Shown here: positions 36,063 to 43,426 of the stretch, in pieces
How positions within the stretch are numbered: position 1 is the stretch's first letter
Layout: each line of letters begins with the position of its first letter
Source: a virus
Reading direction: 5' to 3' (one strand)
Length of the DNA: 43,426 bases
Virus record (IMG/VR): IMGVR_UViG_3300029623_000016
Location: 1 to 43,426 of that record
Translations under genes and position numbers: made by a program
Notes under the pieces: generated by a model
What the model was told of the DNA's origin: nothing
Database searches by the model: none
What the model saw: the letters and a program-made list of their open reading frames with translations, nothing else

Positions 36063-37069
36063 TATACGTCCTCGATAGCAGGTGATTCATCACTAGTTTT
36101 GACCCAAATATTAACTCCGATAAAAGGTACAGATTCTTGGTAAGAAGCATCTGCTACTACTTCATAAGATGAAGTAAAATTAGCCACCATAGATGCACTC
36201 ATTGCAGAAGCTATTACATTACTCCCAGCTCCATATTTATTAGTTATCCATTCGTCTGGATTATCACAATTATAAGTAGCAATAAGCCAACCGTCAGTGT
36301 CGGAAAATTTTATTTCACTACTACCCGTATACGATGACTGTATTCCTAAGGTATTATTTTTGGGTGCAAAAGTTCCTTTATAAAGTTCCGTCCCAATGTT
36401 AACTCCATAAGTATTATTATTGGAAAAAGAGATTCTTATTGGAAGAGAAGTTAATCTATCATAGGCAACATTTAATTCATCTAAATTTATAGTATATATA
36501 AGAGTAGCATTAGTTAAGTTATTACGAGGAATTTTAAGCGCAGAATAACACCTTCTATAATGAAACCATGTACCATCGTCATTTGATACATAATGAAACC
36601 ATCTGTAATATGGTGTATTATTATCTAGTCCTGTCTCTAATCTTTTACTAGTAGTGCCTCCCCATTCTGCGTCAAAAGCAGAGCCATCTACCGATATGTT
36701 CGTTTTATTAGGAGTAAAAGCTACTATACTTCCAGTACTAACTAAAAGCTTACCAGAAATTTTCTCCCACGTTCCATTAAAATAAAGTTGATTTTCTTCA
36801 TCATTTGGATTAAACTCATTATCCATAGTAAAGTAAAGTTCACCTATTTCTGGAACTCTAATAAGTTTATTAAGTGCATCTAATATAGGATTAGAAGTTT
36901 CAGATGTTATCCATTCCGTTATCTTAGCTTCAAGCCCCTCTGGTCGTGTCAAAAACCTCTTAACTTGACGCATAGCTGCCGCATGGTATCCAGCAAGTTC
37001 AGTATCTTCTGGGTACTGCGGATTTATATCATTAAAAGTATTTCCAGAATAGTCAGGCATATTAACCAA
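36062..37069 (-). CDS. Tail fibre/tailspike-like protein A (335 aa). Paralog sharing an N-terminal anchor domain with the 501-aa protein
   Basis: N-terminal alignment of DYSGNTFNDINPQYPEDTELAGYHAAAMRQVKRFL with TYSGSSLRNLRASTPEDADGFNVDARALRQIKRFL. Confidence 0.5.
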   Translation of the reverse strand: MVNMPDYSGNTFNDINPQYPEDTELAGYHAAAMRQVKRFLTRPEGLEAKITEWITSETSNPILDALNKLIRVPEIGELYFTMDNEFNPNDEENQLYFNGTWEKISGKLLVSTGSIVAFTPNKTNISVDGSAFDAEWGGTTSKRLETGLDNNTPYYRWFHYVSNDDGTWFHYRRCYSALKIPRNNLTNATLIYTINLDELNVAYDRLTSLPIRISFSNNNTYGVNIGTELYKGTFAPKNNTLGIQSSYTGSSEIKFSDTDGWLIATYNCDNPDEWITNKYGAGSNVIASAMSASMVANFTSSYEVVADASYQESVPFIGVNIWVKTSDESPAIEDV

Positions 37070-37688
37070 AAATTTGAATTATTCCTACTTGTTTAAATCC
37101 AGAGTTCCAAGTCTCTACATCAAGAAAAGCACTATCTCGTGACTGTTTATTAGCGGCAATGATATTTTCATCTTCTTGTAAGAACATATACATTCTATCA
37201 AGCGTATCATAATAGACATAATCGTGTATTGCAGGCAAAAATTCATTTGCGTACTTATCATTAACTTCTCGGCTCTTAGTAATATTAAGATACCCTTGGA
37301 TACTTAATTCCTCATTAAATCTAGGTGGAAGTATAATAATATTTCCACGCTTCGCCAAAGTATAAGCAGGCAAGCATTGAGGAGATTTAAGATAAACGTC
37401 CGCAACCATAGACGTAAATGGCATAAGTCTCCATTGCTGTCCACCTTTACCAAGTACAAGTTCAATACGTTTAAATGTGTTATTTAAATCTAGGTCGCTC
37501 GTCTTGTCAGACGAGTCATTGATTGCATTGACGTTAATAACGTCGTTGAAAATTTCAAAATCTATCTTTATAAGAAGTCTATTTATAGACTCGCTTACAA
37601 AATTAGAAACAGGTTCTTTCCAATAATCGTCATCTTCTGGACGATTAACGGTTCTCAAAACTTCTAAGGTTATATCTTCTTCTGTCAT
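37062..37688 (-). CDS. Putative head-tail adaptor or tail tubular protein (208 aa)
   Basis: Position after the capsid genes, size similar to podoviral adaptor/gp11-like proteins. Positional only. Confidence 0.3.
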   Translation of the reverse strand: MTEEDITLEVLRTVNRPEDDDYWKEPVSNFVSESINRLLIKIDFEIFNDVINVNAINDSSDKTSDLDLNNTFKRIELVLGKGGQQWRLMPFTSMVADVYLKSPQCLPAYTLAKRGNIIILPPRFNEELSIQGYLNITKSREVNDKYANEFLPAIHDYVYYDTLDRMYMFLQEDENIIAANKQSRDSAFLDVETWNSGFKQVGIIQIFG

Positions 37689-37755
37689 AATATGACCTTT
37701 CTATAATAACGACAAGGGCTACACCCAACGAGAAGTGTAGCCCTTGCGTCATTCT

Positions 37756-37968
37756 TTAACTCCCTTGAAGTCCACCACCAGGTTTAGCACCCGAAGGTAT
37801 ACCACCTTTGTTAGATGTAGGAGCAGGCGATTGACTGCCTATGTTTTTCGTATCGAAGTTTCCGCCACCGGTCGGAGGCTGGTTTCCTTTCCAACTACGA
37901 GCATCAACACCAGACGGCGGAGTTGCTCCGTACAAATCTACGCCTTTTGCTTTTCCATCAAGAGCCAT
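37756..37968 (-). CDS. Gly/Pro-rich small protein (70 aa) immediately downstream of the capsid gene. Decoration or minor capsid candidate
   Basis: Start taken at MALDGKAKG, preceded by RBS aaaaaggaaaa. Composition GGGNF...GGIPSGAKPGGGLQGS. Confidence 0.4.
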   Translation of the reverse strand: MALDGKAKGVDLYGATPPSGVDARSWKGNQPPTGGGNFDTKNIGSQSPAPTSNKGGIPSGAKPGGGLQGS

Positions 37969-37996
37969 AGTATTTTCCTTTTTTGATTGTTTACTT

Positions 37997-39412
37997 CTAG
38001 TCAACTTCAAGCTCGGGATTGAACACAGACATATTCTTAATGAACATGTGGTTCATCGGCTTCCAGAACTCCAACGTACCTTCGGAAAGCCATTCATCTT
38101 TCCTGCCGTCGAAGTCATTCGACTGTATGTTAGTTCTGACCTGCGTATCCCTGTCCCTCAACGGTCTCCAATTTATCGACCATATGTCTACTATGAGAGC
38201 AGACTTACGGTAAATCGGATTTTCATTGAAGAGCGGGTGCGTCACAAATATGAGAGTGCCGAAAGCGGTGATAAGCTTGTTAAATTCAAGCCCAAACGCT
38301 TTCTGACCAACTTCCCAGTGATACGAACCCTGAGCACGCATTGCCTTAGACATCGCACGCATAACGTCAGAACCGCAGAGAACGAGACGTTCAGCAGTCT
38401 TGGCGTTGTAGTACAGATTGATGTTAGACAACCACTTTTCAAGCAAGTCGATATTGAACTCACCAGACGCGTTTTCTATAATACGTTTTTCAGGGTCGTC
38501 ATCAGTCGTGGACGGTTGCTTGAAGCTATAAGGATTCCATACCTGACCGTTAACCATAATACCGTTAGAGCCAGCGTCCCAAGCTTCAAGAAATTCGAGG
38601 ATACCCGACATCGTACGAGTTTCCGTCACAGAACCATCAGCGTTCGTTATCGTCCTGTTAGAACGTTTCGAGAACAACAGCGATTTTTCAAGCTTGACAT
38701 AGTGGTCTCTCGCAGCGTCCATAGCACGCTTCTTATACGGACCAGACTGGTCGAACTCCAAATCCTGCTTTATCGCCGAACCAGTGAAGATGAACGGTTC
38801 TTTGAATATCTGAGTCTGATTCTGCAAGAAAGTCGGAATACGAGTACCACGAGGAGTACCGCTATGTCCACCTTCCTCGAAAGCAGAACCGATAACGTCT
38901 ATCGACGTACCAGCCGCATAGTCAGTCAAATTACCCGAAGCAACAGCAAAGTCACGTATCGGAAGTACTTCAACATAACCGTTAACAGTGTTGTCCGCAA
39001 CACCAGGAGTGACAGCCGTTATACGAGCAAGTGCATTCCAAGTATGGAAACGAACAACATCTCCAACAGTCAAAAGACCAACCGAAGTAGCTTTAATATA
39101 AAGCTTGTCAGCGGTGGTATACGTTTTAGCCGTAATCACAGTACCATCATTAGCATCACCAGTGGTGGGAGCATTAGTGGTAATAGGATTCGTGCCGCGA
39201 GTAGTTATGCTCGGAGAACGGTATATCTCCTCTATCCACTCGTGTTTAGTGTTCGCAATGGGGTCAACATTCGCCCAAGCAATAAGAGCCGTAAGCGGAG
39301 CACCACCATTAGGAAACGCGTTTATAATCGTGCGACGAAGAGACCTATGAATGAGGTCTTTATCGCGAAACTGCTCCACCGAAGGGAAGCCAAGTATTAC
39401 GTTTTCTGCCAT
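37997..39412 (-). CDS. Major capsid protein (471 aa)
   Basis: Order portal, scaffold, then this gene. Size is right. Elevated GC content typical of a highly expressed or conserved gene. Fold not verifiable by eye. Confidence 0.6.
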   Translation of the reverse strand: MAENVILGFPSVEQFRDKDLIHRSLRRTIINAFPNGGAPLTALIAWANVDPIANTKHEWIEEIYRSPSITTRGTNPITTNAPTTGDANDGTVITAKTYTTADKLYIKATSVGLLTVGDVVRFHTWNALARITAVTPGVADNTVNGYVEVLPIRDFAVASGNLTDYAAGTSIDVIGSAFEEGGHSGTPRGTRIPTFLQNQTQIFKEPFIFTGSAIKQDLEFDQSGPYKKRAMDAARDHYVKLEKSLLFSKRSNRTITNADGSVTETRTMSGILEFLEAWDAGSNGIMVNGQVWNPYSFKQPSTTDDDPEKRIIENASGEFNIDLLEKWLSNINLYYNAKTAERLVLCGSDVMRAMSKAMRAQGSYHWEVGQKAFGLEFNKLITAFGTLIFVTHPLFNENPIYRKSALIVDIWSINWRPLRDRDTQVRTNIQSNDFDGRKDEWLSEGTLEFWKPMNHMFIKNMSVFNPELEVD

Positions 39413-39427
39413 TTTGTGTTTTCCTTA

Positions 39428-40375
39428 TTAGTAGCCAAAGATGCTAAATCCAGCACTTACATTATCTTTGACTGTTTCATTAGGTTTATTTATTACTCCA
39501 CCCGATGAGAATGTGCGCGTTGTCGCTTTTGGAACTGACGTTGTTGCATTCTGTTGTACAGGATTTGCAACAGCACCTCCATTATCGAGTTTGACTTTTG
39601 GGTCAAAGTTAGGAATAGACTGTTTAATTACTTTTGATATTTCATTAACCAGTGTTTCTTTAAATTGTTTTTCCGGAACTTGTAGCAGTTTAGGATTCTG
39701 CTGAGCTATACTAGCGGTCATTACATTAACTACTGACTTGTAAGGAATAAGTCCAGGGTAGTCTTCATAGAACTTAGTTTCCGCTTCATGTGCTGCTTTC
39801 TGCGAAACTTGTGAAAGAACAGGCTGAATATTCTGTGCAAAGAAATTATCAATCCTACCTGCATATTTATTAAGTTCCGCGTTAGCAATAGTCGTTGCCA
39901 TGTTCCTACCATACATTGCTGTACGAATAAGAAGGTCGGTCAACATTGCCGCACGCTCTTCTTCCGGAGTTTCAGACGAAAATATTTTACGAGTCTCTTC
40001 CGGAGTTATAGAAATTTTACCAAGAATACGGTTTGCTTCTTCTATGGTAAGTTCAGGCTTCTTTTCCTGCTGTGCTTTATTCTGTTCAGCATTAACAGCT
40101 GCAACAGCAGACGCAACCGTTTTAGCAAGCTCTATTTGGTCTATACCTTTATTGCCATCGTTAGCGGATTGACCGACTGGTGGCTGACCGCCTTCGGCGG
40201 ACGGTGGCTGGTCGGTTGAAGTTTGGGGTTCCTGTTGCTGTGAAGCGTCAGTCTGCCCCGCCTGCTCATTGCCCGAGCCGGACGGTTCTTGGTTGACCGC
40301 GGGGTTATTACGTTCCAAAGCCATCTGTATCATATCTACATCTGGCTGTTCACCTATGTTGTTTTCATCTGCCAT
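39428..40375 (-). CDS. Scaffolding protein (315 aa)
   Basis: Between portal and capsid. Q/E/P-rich disordered N-terminus followed by helical regions, as scaffolds typically have. Confidence 0.5.
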   Translation of the reverse strand: MADENNIGEQPDVDMIQMALERNNPAVNQEPSGSGNEQAGQTDASQQQEPQTSTDQPPSAEGGQPPVGQSANDGNKGIDQIELAKTVASAVAAVNAEQNKAQQEKKPELTIEEANRILGKISITPEETRKIFSSETPEEERAAMLTDLLIRTAMYGRNMATTIANAELNKYAGRIDNFFAQNIQPVLSQVSQKAAHEAETKFYEDYPGLIPYKSVVNVMTASIAQQNPKLLQVPEKQFKETLVNEISKVIKQSIPNFDPKVKLDNGGAVANPVQQNATTSVPKATTRTFSSGGVINKPNETVKDNVSAGFSIFGY

Positions 40376-40377
40376 AT

Positions 40378-40581
40378 TTATTCCTGTCTGGTTATTGATT
40401 TTATGTAGTTGTGGAAATCCTCTGGAAGTTCGACTAGCGTCCTGTAAACTTCACCAAGCCGTTCTAGCCTTTTCCTGTCTTCGTCATTTTTAGGCGGGGT
40501 TCCAAGAATATCATAAACAAGCTGTTCAGCCTTCTTATCTATGAAGTTCTTGAATAAGGTCTCATAATCTTGTATTGTCAT
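40378..40581 (-). CDS. Hypothetical small protein (67 aa)
   Basis: ORF. Its start codon directly abuts the AT palindrome. Confidence 0.4.
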   Translation of the reverse strand: MTIQDYETLFKNFIDKKAEQLVYDILGTPPKNDEDRKRLERLGEVYRTLVELPEDFHNYIKSITRQE

Positions 40582-40603
40582 ACATTATAAATCATTTATA
40601 TTT
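40582..40603. promoter_or_regulatory. Copy 6 of the AT palindrome. It contains the portal stop codon (40596-40598) and abuts the next start codon (40581)
   Basis: acattataaatcatttatatttg. Confidence 0.6.
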
Positions 40604-42581
40604 GACCGTTTTGGAGAGCCTGCGCTATCGGCATCGCTTCTTGTCCTGCCGGAGTTATATTACCCTGTTGCGCTTGCATTATTGCCTGTTCGTCGGGAAC
40701 GACATTTATCTGTGGGGCAGGGGCAGGCTGTTGGGGCGGGGGCGCATTCTTATACGCCTCATAATTCCTTATTCCCATTATCTCAAATATCTTAGAAAGA
40801 ATTTTATCTACCGAAAGATTGGTAGCTTGTATAAGATTAGGATTACTAAGAAGTTCCTTAGCTAGACTGGCTATCTGCATACGCCCACCATCTGTGATAG
40901 GCTCTATCGGTACGAAGTCATATCCACCTGCTATTTTGGCGGGGTCGGACATAATCACTCTATCGTACGGATAATATGCAATAGCATTTCCTATTATCTG
41001 CTCGTAAACCTCTTGTGTTCTAAACTGTCTGGTATTCGAGAGAATAAGCTCGCCGAGAATATCAAAGCCACCGTACCACATGTTGTTAACCATTAGGGCA
41101 AGGCGGGCTTGCGCGGCGGCTTGAACTCCTCTTGTCTGCAAAGCTGACCTTCTGCCAGAAGTATACATTCCCATTGCATTCTCGGTTATACCAGTAGCCA
41201 TCTGTGCTATTTGTTGCAATGTTTGCACAAACGGAACGTGATTCGCGGTCATATCACTTACGGTGAGCGGGATAATCGCATCGCCAAGAGAAGTACTTCC
41301 TTCAACTCTAATAAAGTCGGCATTATTAACCACGTCGTCCATATTGACATTCTTGGTCTTAATAAGAAAGCGGTTCTTAATCGCTTGTCTTATATTCTGC
41401 ATATGACTATTGATAAGCCAAGTAATCATTTGCTGTAAGCCGTCAAGAACGCCAGGTAGAGTCAATCCTATAAAGGAATCTCCGTCGGGGAGGGGCTGAC
41501 TTACAAAGAACGGGAATTTACCATGAAGCTCCTCATATCGTTCAAAGCGGATAACTTTCGTATCATTAGCGACAACGAGAACGAACATGATAGGCTCTTC
41601 TTCATTACCTATATCGATACCATACTTTTCGGTTATTTCCTTCGGAACGAGTTTAAGGAACATCTCTACGGTATCCATTTGAGTACCAGTAGAAATTTTA
41701 TCACCTAGAACTGAGTTTACGTAGTTGAGTCCTGTTTGGTCTTTACGAACTCTAAATGTTCCGGCATAACGCTGACGACCACGATATATATCTTCTGGTA
41801 TACTGTTAGGAACTCTATTAACGCCGTGGAACAAAGTTCCTTCTTGTTCTAGAAGTTTAACTTTTGTAGTGCATTGTTCTACTGCACAATAGCTACCATT
41901 CTGAAAATCCCTTATCGGTACAGACGGGTCAGGAAAGAATGAATAAGGACTAATGTAAGAAATTACATTTCCTTCGTACTGTATAAGCTCCTTAACAGTC
42001 TCAACTTCTTCGTATTGTGTCGAGGCGGGTTGCCCCATTCCAAACATATTTAGAAGCTGTCCTATGGGATTTATGATTGGACGTTTTTCTTTTACCCTGT
42101 ATTTCTTTTTCTGGGTTTCCCAGTCACAACGACCAACCGTAATACCTTTTGTAAAAGCATCTATAAGTTGCAAATACAAAGTGTGATAGATACGATTATG
42201 CTTAATTTGGTAATCTATGTCACGTTCTAGACCTTCTCTAACGTCTTCGTCTTCCGGACCATATGCGGTTAATTCAAACAGACGTTCTTTGTTCATGAAC
42301 ATCTGCATTGAATTGGCGGCGGCAGTCTGAACTGTGGCAAAGCTAAGTGGTACTATAATTTTAGCAGTTCCACCTTTTTTAAGATTCTGAACATCTTTCT
42401 TATCAAGAGACCTATATCCAGTATATCTTAGGTAATCTTTATCCCAAAGATACCAGAATTGAGACATAGTGCTAGATGACTCGCACATAAACGAGCGATA
42501 GATATTCACCAGATGCTTCTGAAAATCAGAAGCATTGCTATCTTTGTCTCTTAGGTCTTTATTTATCTGTTCTTGATTCAT
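40596..42581 (-). CDS. Portal protein (661 aa)
   Basis: Large ORF immediately upstream of scaffold and capsid. Size and low-complexity PQQPAPAPQ C-terminal tail fit. Positional. Confidence 0.55.
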   Translation of the reverse strand: MNQEQINKDLRDKDSNASDFQKHLVNIYRSFMCESSSTMSQFWYLWDKDYLRYTGYRSLDKKDVQNLKKGGTAKIIVPLSFATVQTAAANSMQMFMNKERLFELTAYGPEDEDVREGLERDIDYQIKHNRIYHTLYLQLIDAFTKGITVGRCDWETQKKKYRVKEKRPIINPIGQLLNMFGMGQPASTQYEEVETVKELIQYEGNVISYISPYSFFPDPSVPIRDFQNGSYCAVEQCTTKVKLLEQEGTLFHGVNRVPNSIPEDIYRGRQRYAGTFRVRKDQTGLNYVNSVLGDKISTGTQMDTVEMFLKLVPKEITEKYGIDIGNEEEPIMFVLVVANDTKVIRFERYEELHGKFPFFVSQPLPDGDSFIGLTLPGVLDGLQQMITWLINSHMQNIRQAIKNRFLIKTKNVNMDDVVNNADFIRVEGSTSLGDAIIPLTVSDMTANHVPFVQTLQQIAQMATGITENAMGMYTSGRRSALQTRGVQAAAQARLALMVNNMWYGGFDILGELILSNTRQFRTQEVYEQIIGNAIAYYPYDRVIMSDPAKIAGGYDFVPIEPITDGGRMQIASLAKELLSNPNLIQATNLSVDKILSKIFEIMGIRNYEAYKNAPPPQQPAPAPQINVVPDEQAIMQAQQGNITPAGQEAMPIAQALQNGQI

Positions 42582-42582
42582 A

Positions 42583-42909
42583 TTAAAAAAGCTTTTGTGC
42601 TAAGAAGTTTGTCGCGAAGGTAATAACACCAACTGCTCCCACAGCTTTCCATTTAAAAGCTTCAAGACTTCTTATTCTCAAATCAAGAGAGTCGTAGTTC
42701 TTTTTACACGTTTCTTCTAGATTATCTAGTTTAGTGTGTAAAGGTTTACATACAAACTCTCTGTGCTCTTTGAATCGTGTGTATTCCTCAGACATTGAAT
42801 CAAGTTTTTCTTCACGACGTCGAGCATCTTCCTTCATTTCAGCTAGGGTAGTGAGAATATTCTTGTAATTCTCTTCTGCCCTAACAAGCCTTGACGTATC
42901 GTCTGACAT
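42583..42909 (-). CDS. Coiled-coil protein with a C-terminal transmembrane helix (108 aa)
   Basis: Charged helical N-terminus and C-terminal WKAVGAVGVITFATNFLAQKLF. Confidence 0.4.
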   Translation of the reverse strand: MSDDTSRLVRAEENYKNILTTLAEMKEDARRREEKLDSMSEEYTRFKEHREFVCKPLHTKLDNLEETCKKNYDSLDLRIRSLEAFKWKAVGAVGVITFATNFLAQKLF

Positions 42910-42912
42910 AAC

Positions 42913-43350
42913 TTAATTCAACTTTAAAACGTTATTCCTAAAAGAAATGCACCAAGCAGCCTCGCCTCCTACTTCTAAAAAACGATAAGCCAGTATAACT
43001 TTGCGCTCGTCCCATAACCTATGAAGCCAACTCCACAAGCCGCCGTTTGCGTGTCTATACTTAACTTCTGCTATACCGTTCTTTAAAAACTCATTATCAG
43101 CTTTCCTTTGACTTTCTGGTAATCCGTCTGAATGTTCGTACCGCCAGTCATGTATTGCCGCCGTCGCCTGTGCGCAAGCGTATGCCTTAGTCAAAACATT
43201 ACACAACTTTTCGGGCAAAGACGCACCTCCCACTCCGTTACAAACTTCGCAAAGTTCATTGAGTGAAGCATTTGCGAAGTCGTTAGGAAACGAAAGCTTA
43301 GCTGCTTTCGCCACCGATATGAGTTCGAGCATCTGGTCTTGCGTGTACAT
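42913..43350 (-). CDS. Hypothetical protein (145 aa); start codon lies in the terminal overlap
   Basis: ORF. Cys/His-rich (CEVCNG...C...H), possible metal site. Confidence 0.4.
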   Translation of the reverse strand: MYTQDQMLELISVAKAAKLSFPNDFANASLNELCEVCNGVGGASLPEKLCNVLTKAYACAQATAAIHDWRYEHSDGLPESQRKADNEFLKNGIAEVKYRHANGGLWSWLHRLWDERKVILAYRFLEVGGEAAWCISFRNNVLKLN

Positions 43351-43426
43351 TCTTTAAGACTGCGGTTCCTCCTTAACGTCGGAGGGCGGCTCGTTCTCCA
43401 CTTCAATGTCTGCGGGAATCAAGAGC
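43340..43426. repeat. Second copy of the 87-nt terminal overlap
   Basis: Identical to nt 1-87. Confidence 0.85.

Noticed and set aside
37841-39508. 555-aa ORF on the plus strand antisense to the capsid and Gly-rich genes
   Set aside because: Arg/Ser-rich nonsense-like translation spanning two well-supported minus-strand genes and the intergenic space. Typical antisense artefact of a GC-elevated gene.
1-43426. tRNA, tmRNA, integrase, repressor/Cro switch
   Set aside because: No GTTCGAATC-type T-arm boxes or cloverleaf-sized GC islands were seen outside ORFs. No ORF shows the tyrosine or serine recombinase catalytic pattern. This suggests a virulent phage, though absence by eye is weak evidence.

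Overview
The window appears to be a complete, circularly permuted genome of a tailed dsDNA phage, about 43.3 kb. The first 87 nt are identical to the last 87 nt, and genes run straight through that junction, so the unit genome is about 43,339 bp. The genome is AT-rich (roughly 35-38% GC by eye) with scattered GC-rich patches. It is organised in two arms. The plus-strand arm (5529-24065) holds early, replication and recombination genes: a ParB-domain/DNA methyltransferase fusion, family A DNA polymerase, ATP-dependent DNA ligase, Cas4-like PD-(D/E)xK exonuclease, Sak4-like ATPase, SSB-like protein, MazG-like pyrophosphohydrolase, DUF4406/deoxyribosyltransferase-like protein, a DUF3987-type primase-associated ATPase and a SleB-like cell-wall hydrolase with an N-terminal membrane anchor. 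The minus-strand arm wraps the junction, running from 4141 down through 1 and from 43350 down to 24062. It holds the late genes: TerS-like and TerL, spanin/holin-like small membrane proteins, portal, scaffold, major capsid, two paralogous fibre/spike-like proteins, and low-complexity and giant (698 aa, 1507 aa) internal virion proteins typical of podoviruses. I found no RNA polymerase, integrase, tRNA or CRISPR. Sigma70-like TTGACA-N17-TATAAT-type promoters, a lipobox protein and purine-rich RBSs suggest a low-GC Gram-negative host (inference only). Features not explained by the gene calls: (1) strong genome-wide over-representation of the G/C-only motif CCCCGCC/GGCGGGG in all frames and on both strands; (2) a perfect 23-bp AT palindrome ACATTATAAAT(C/G)ATTTATAATGT at six intergenic junctions; (3) a 1.4-kb AT-rich non-coding region with iteron-like repeats between the divergent arms; (4) two related ~110-bp structured intergenic cassettes; (5) a GC-rich (~50%) moron gene with its own promoter; (6) two early proteins sharing a C-terminal ...QI..L(K/R)ELGIL module; (7) paired fibre genes sharing an N-terminal anchor.
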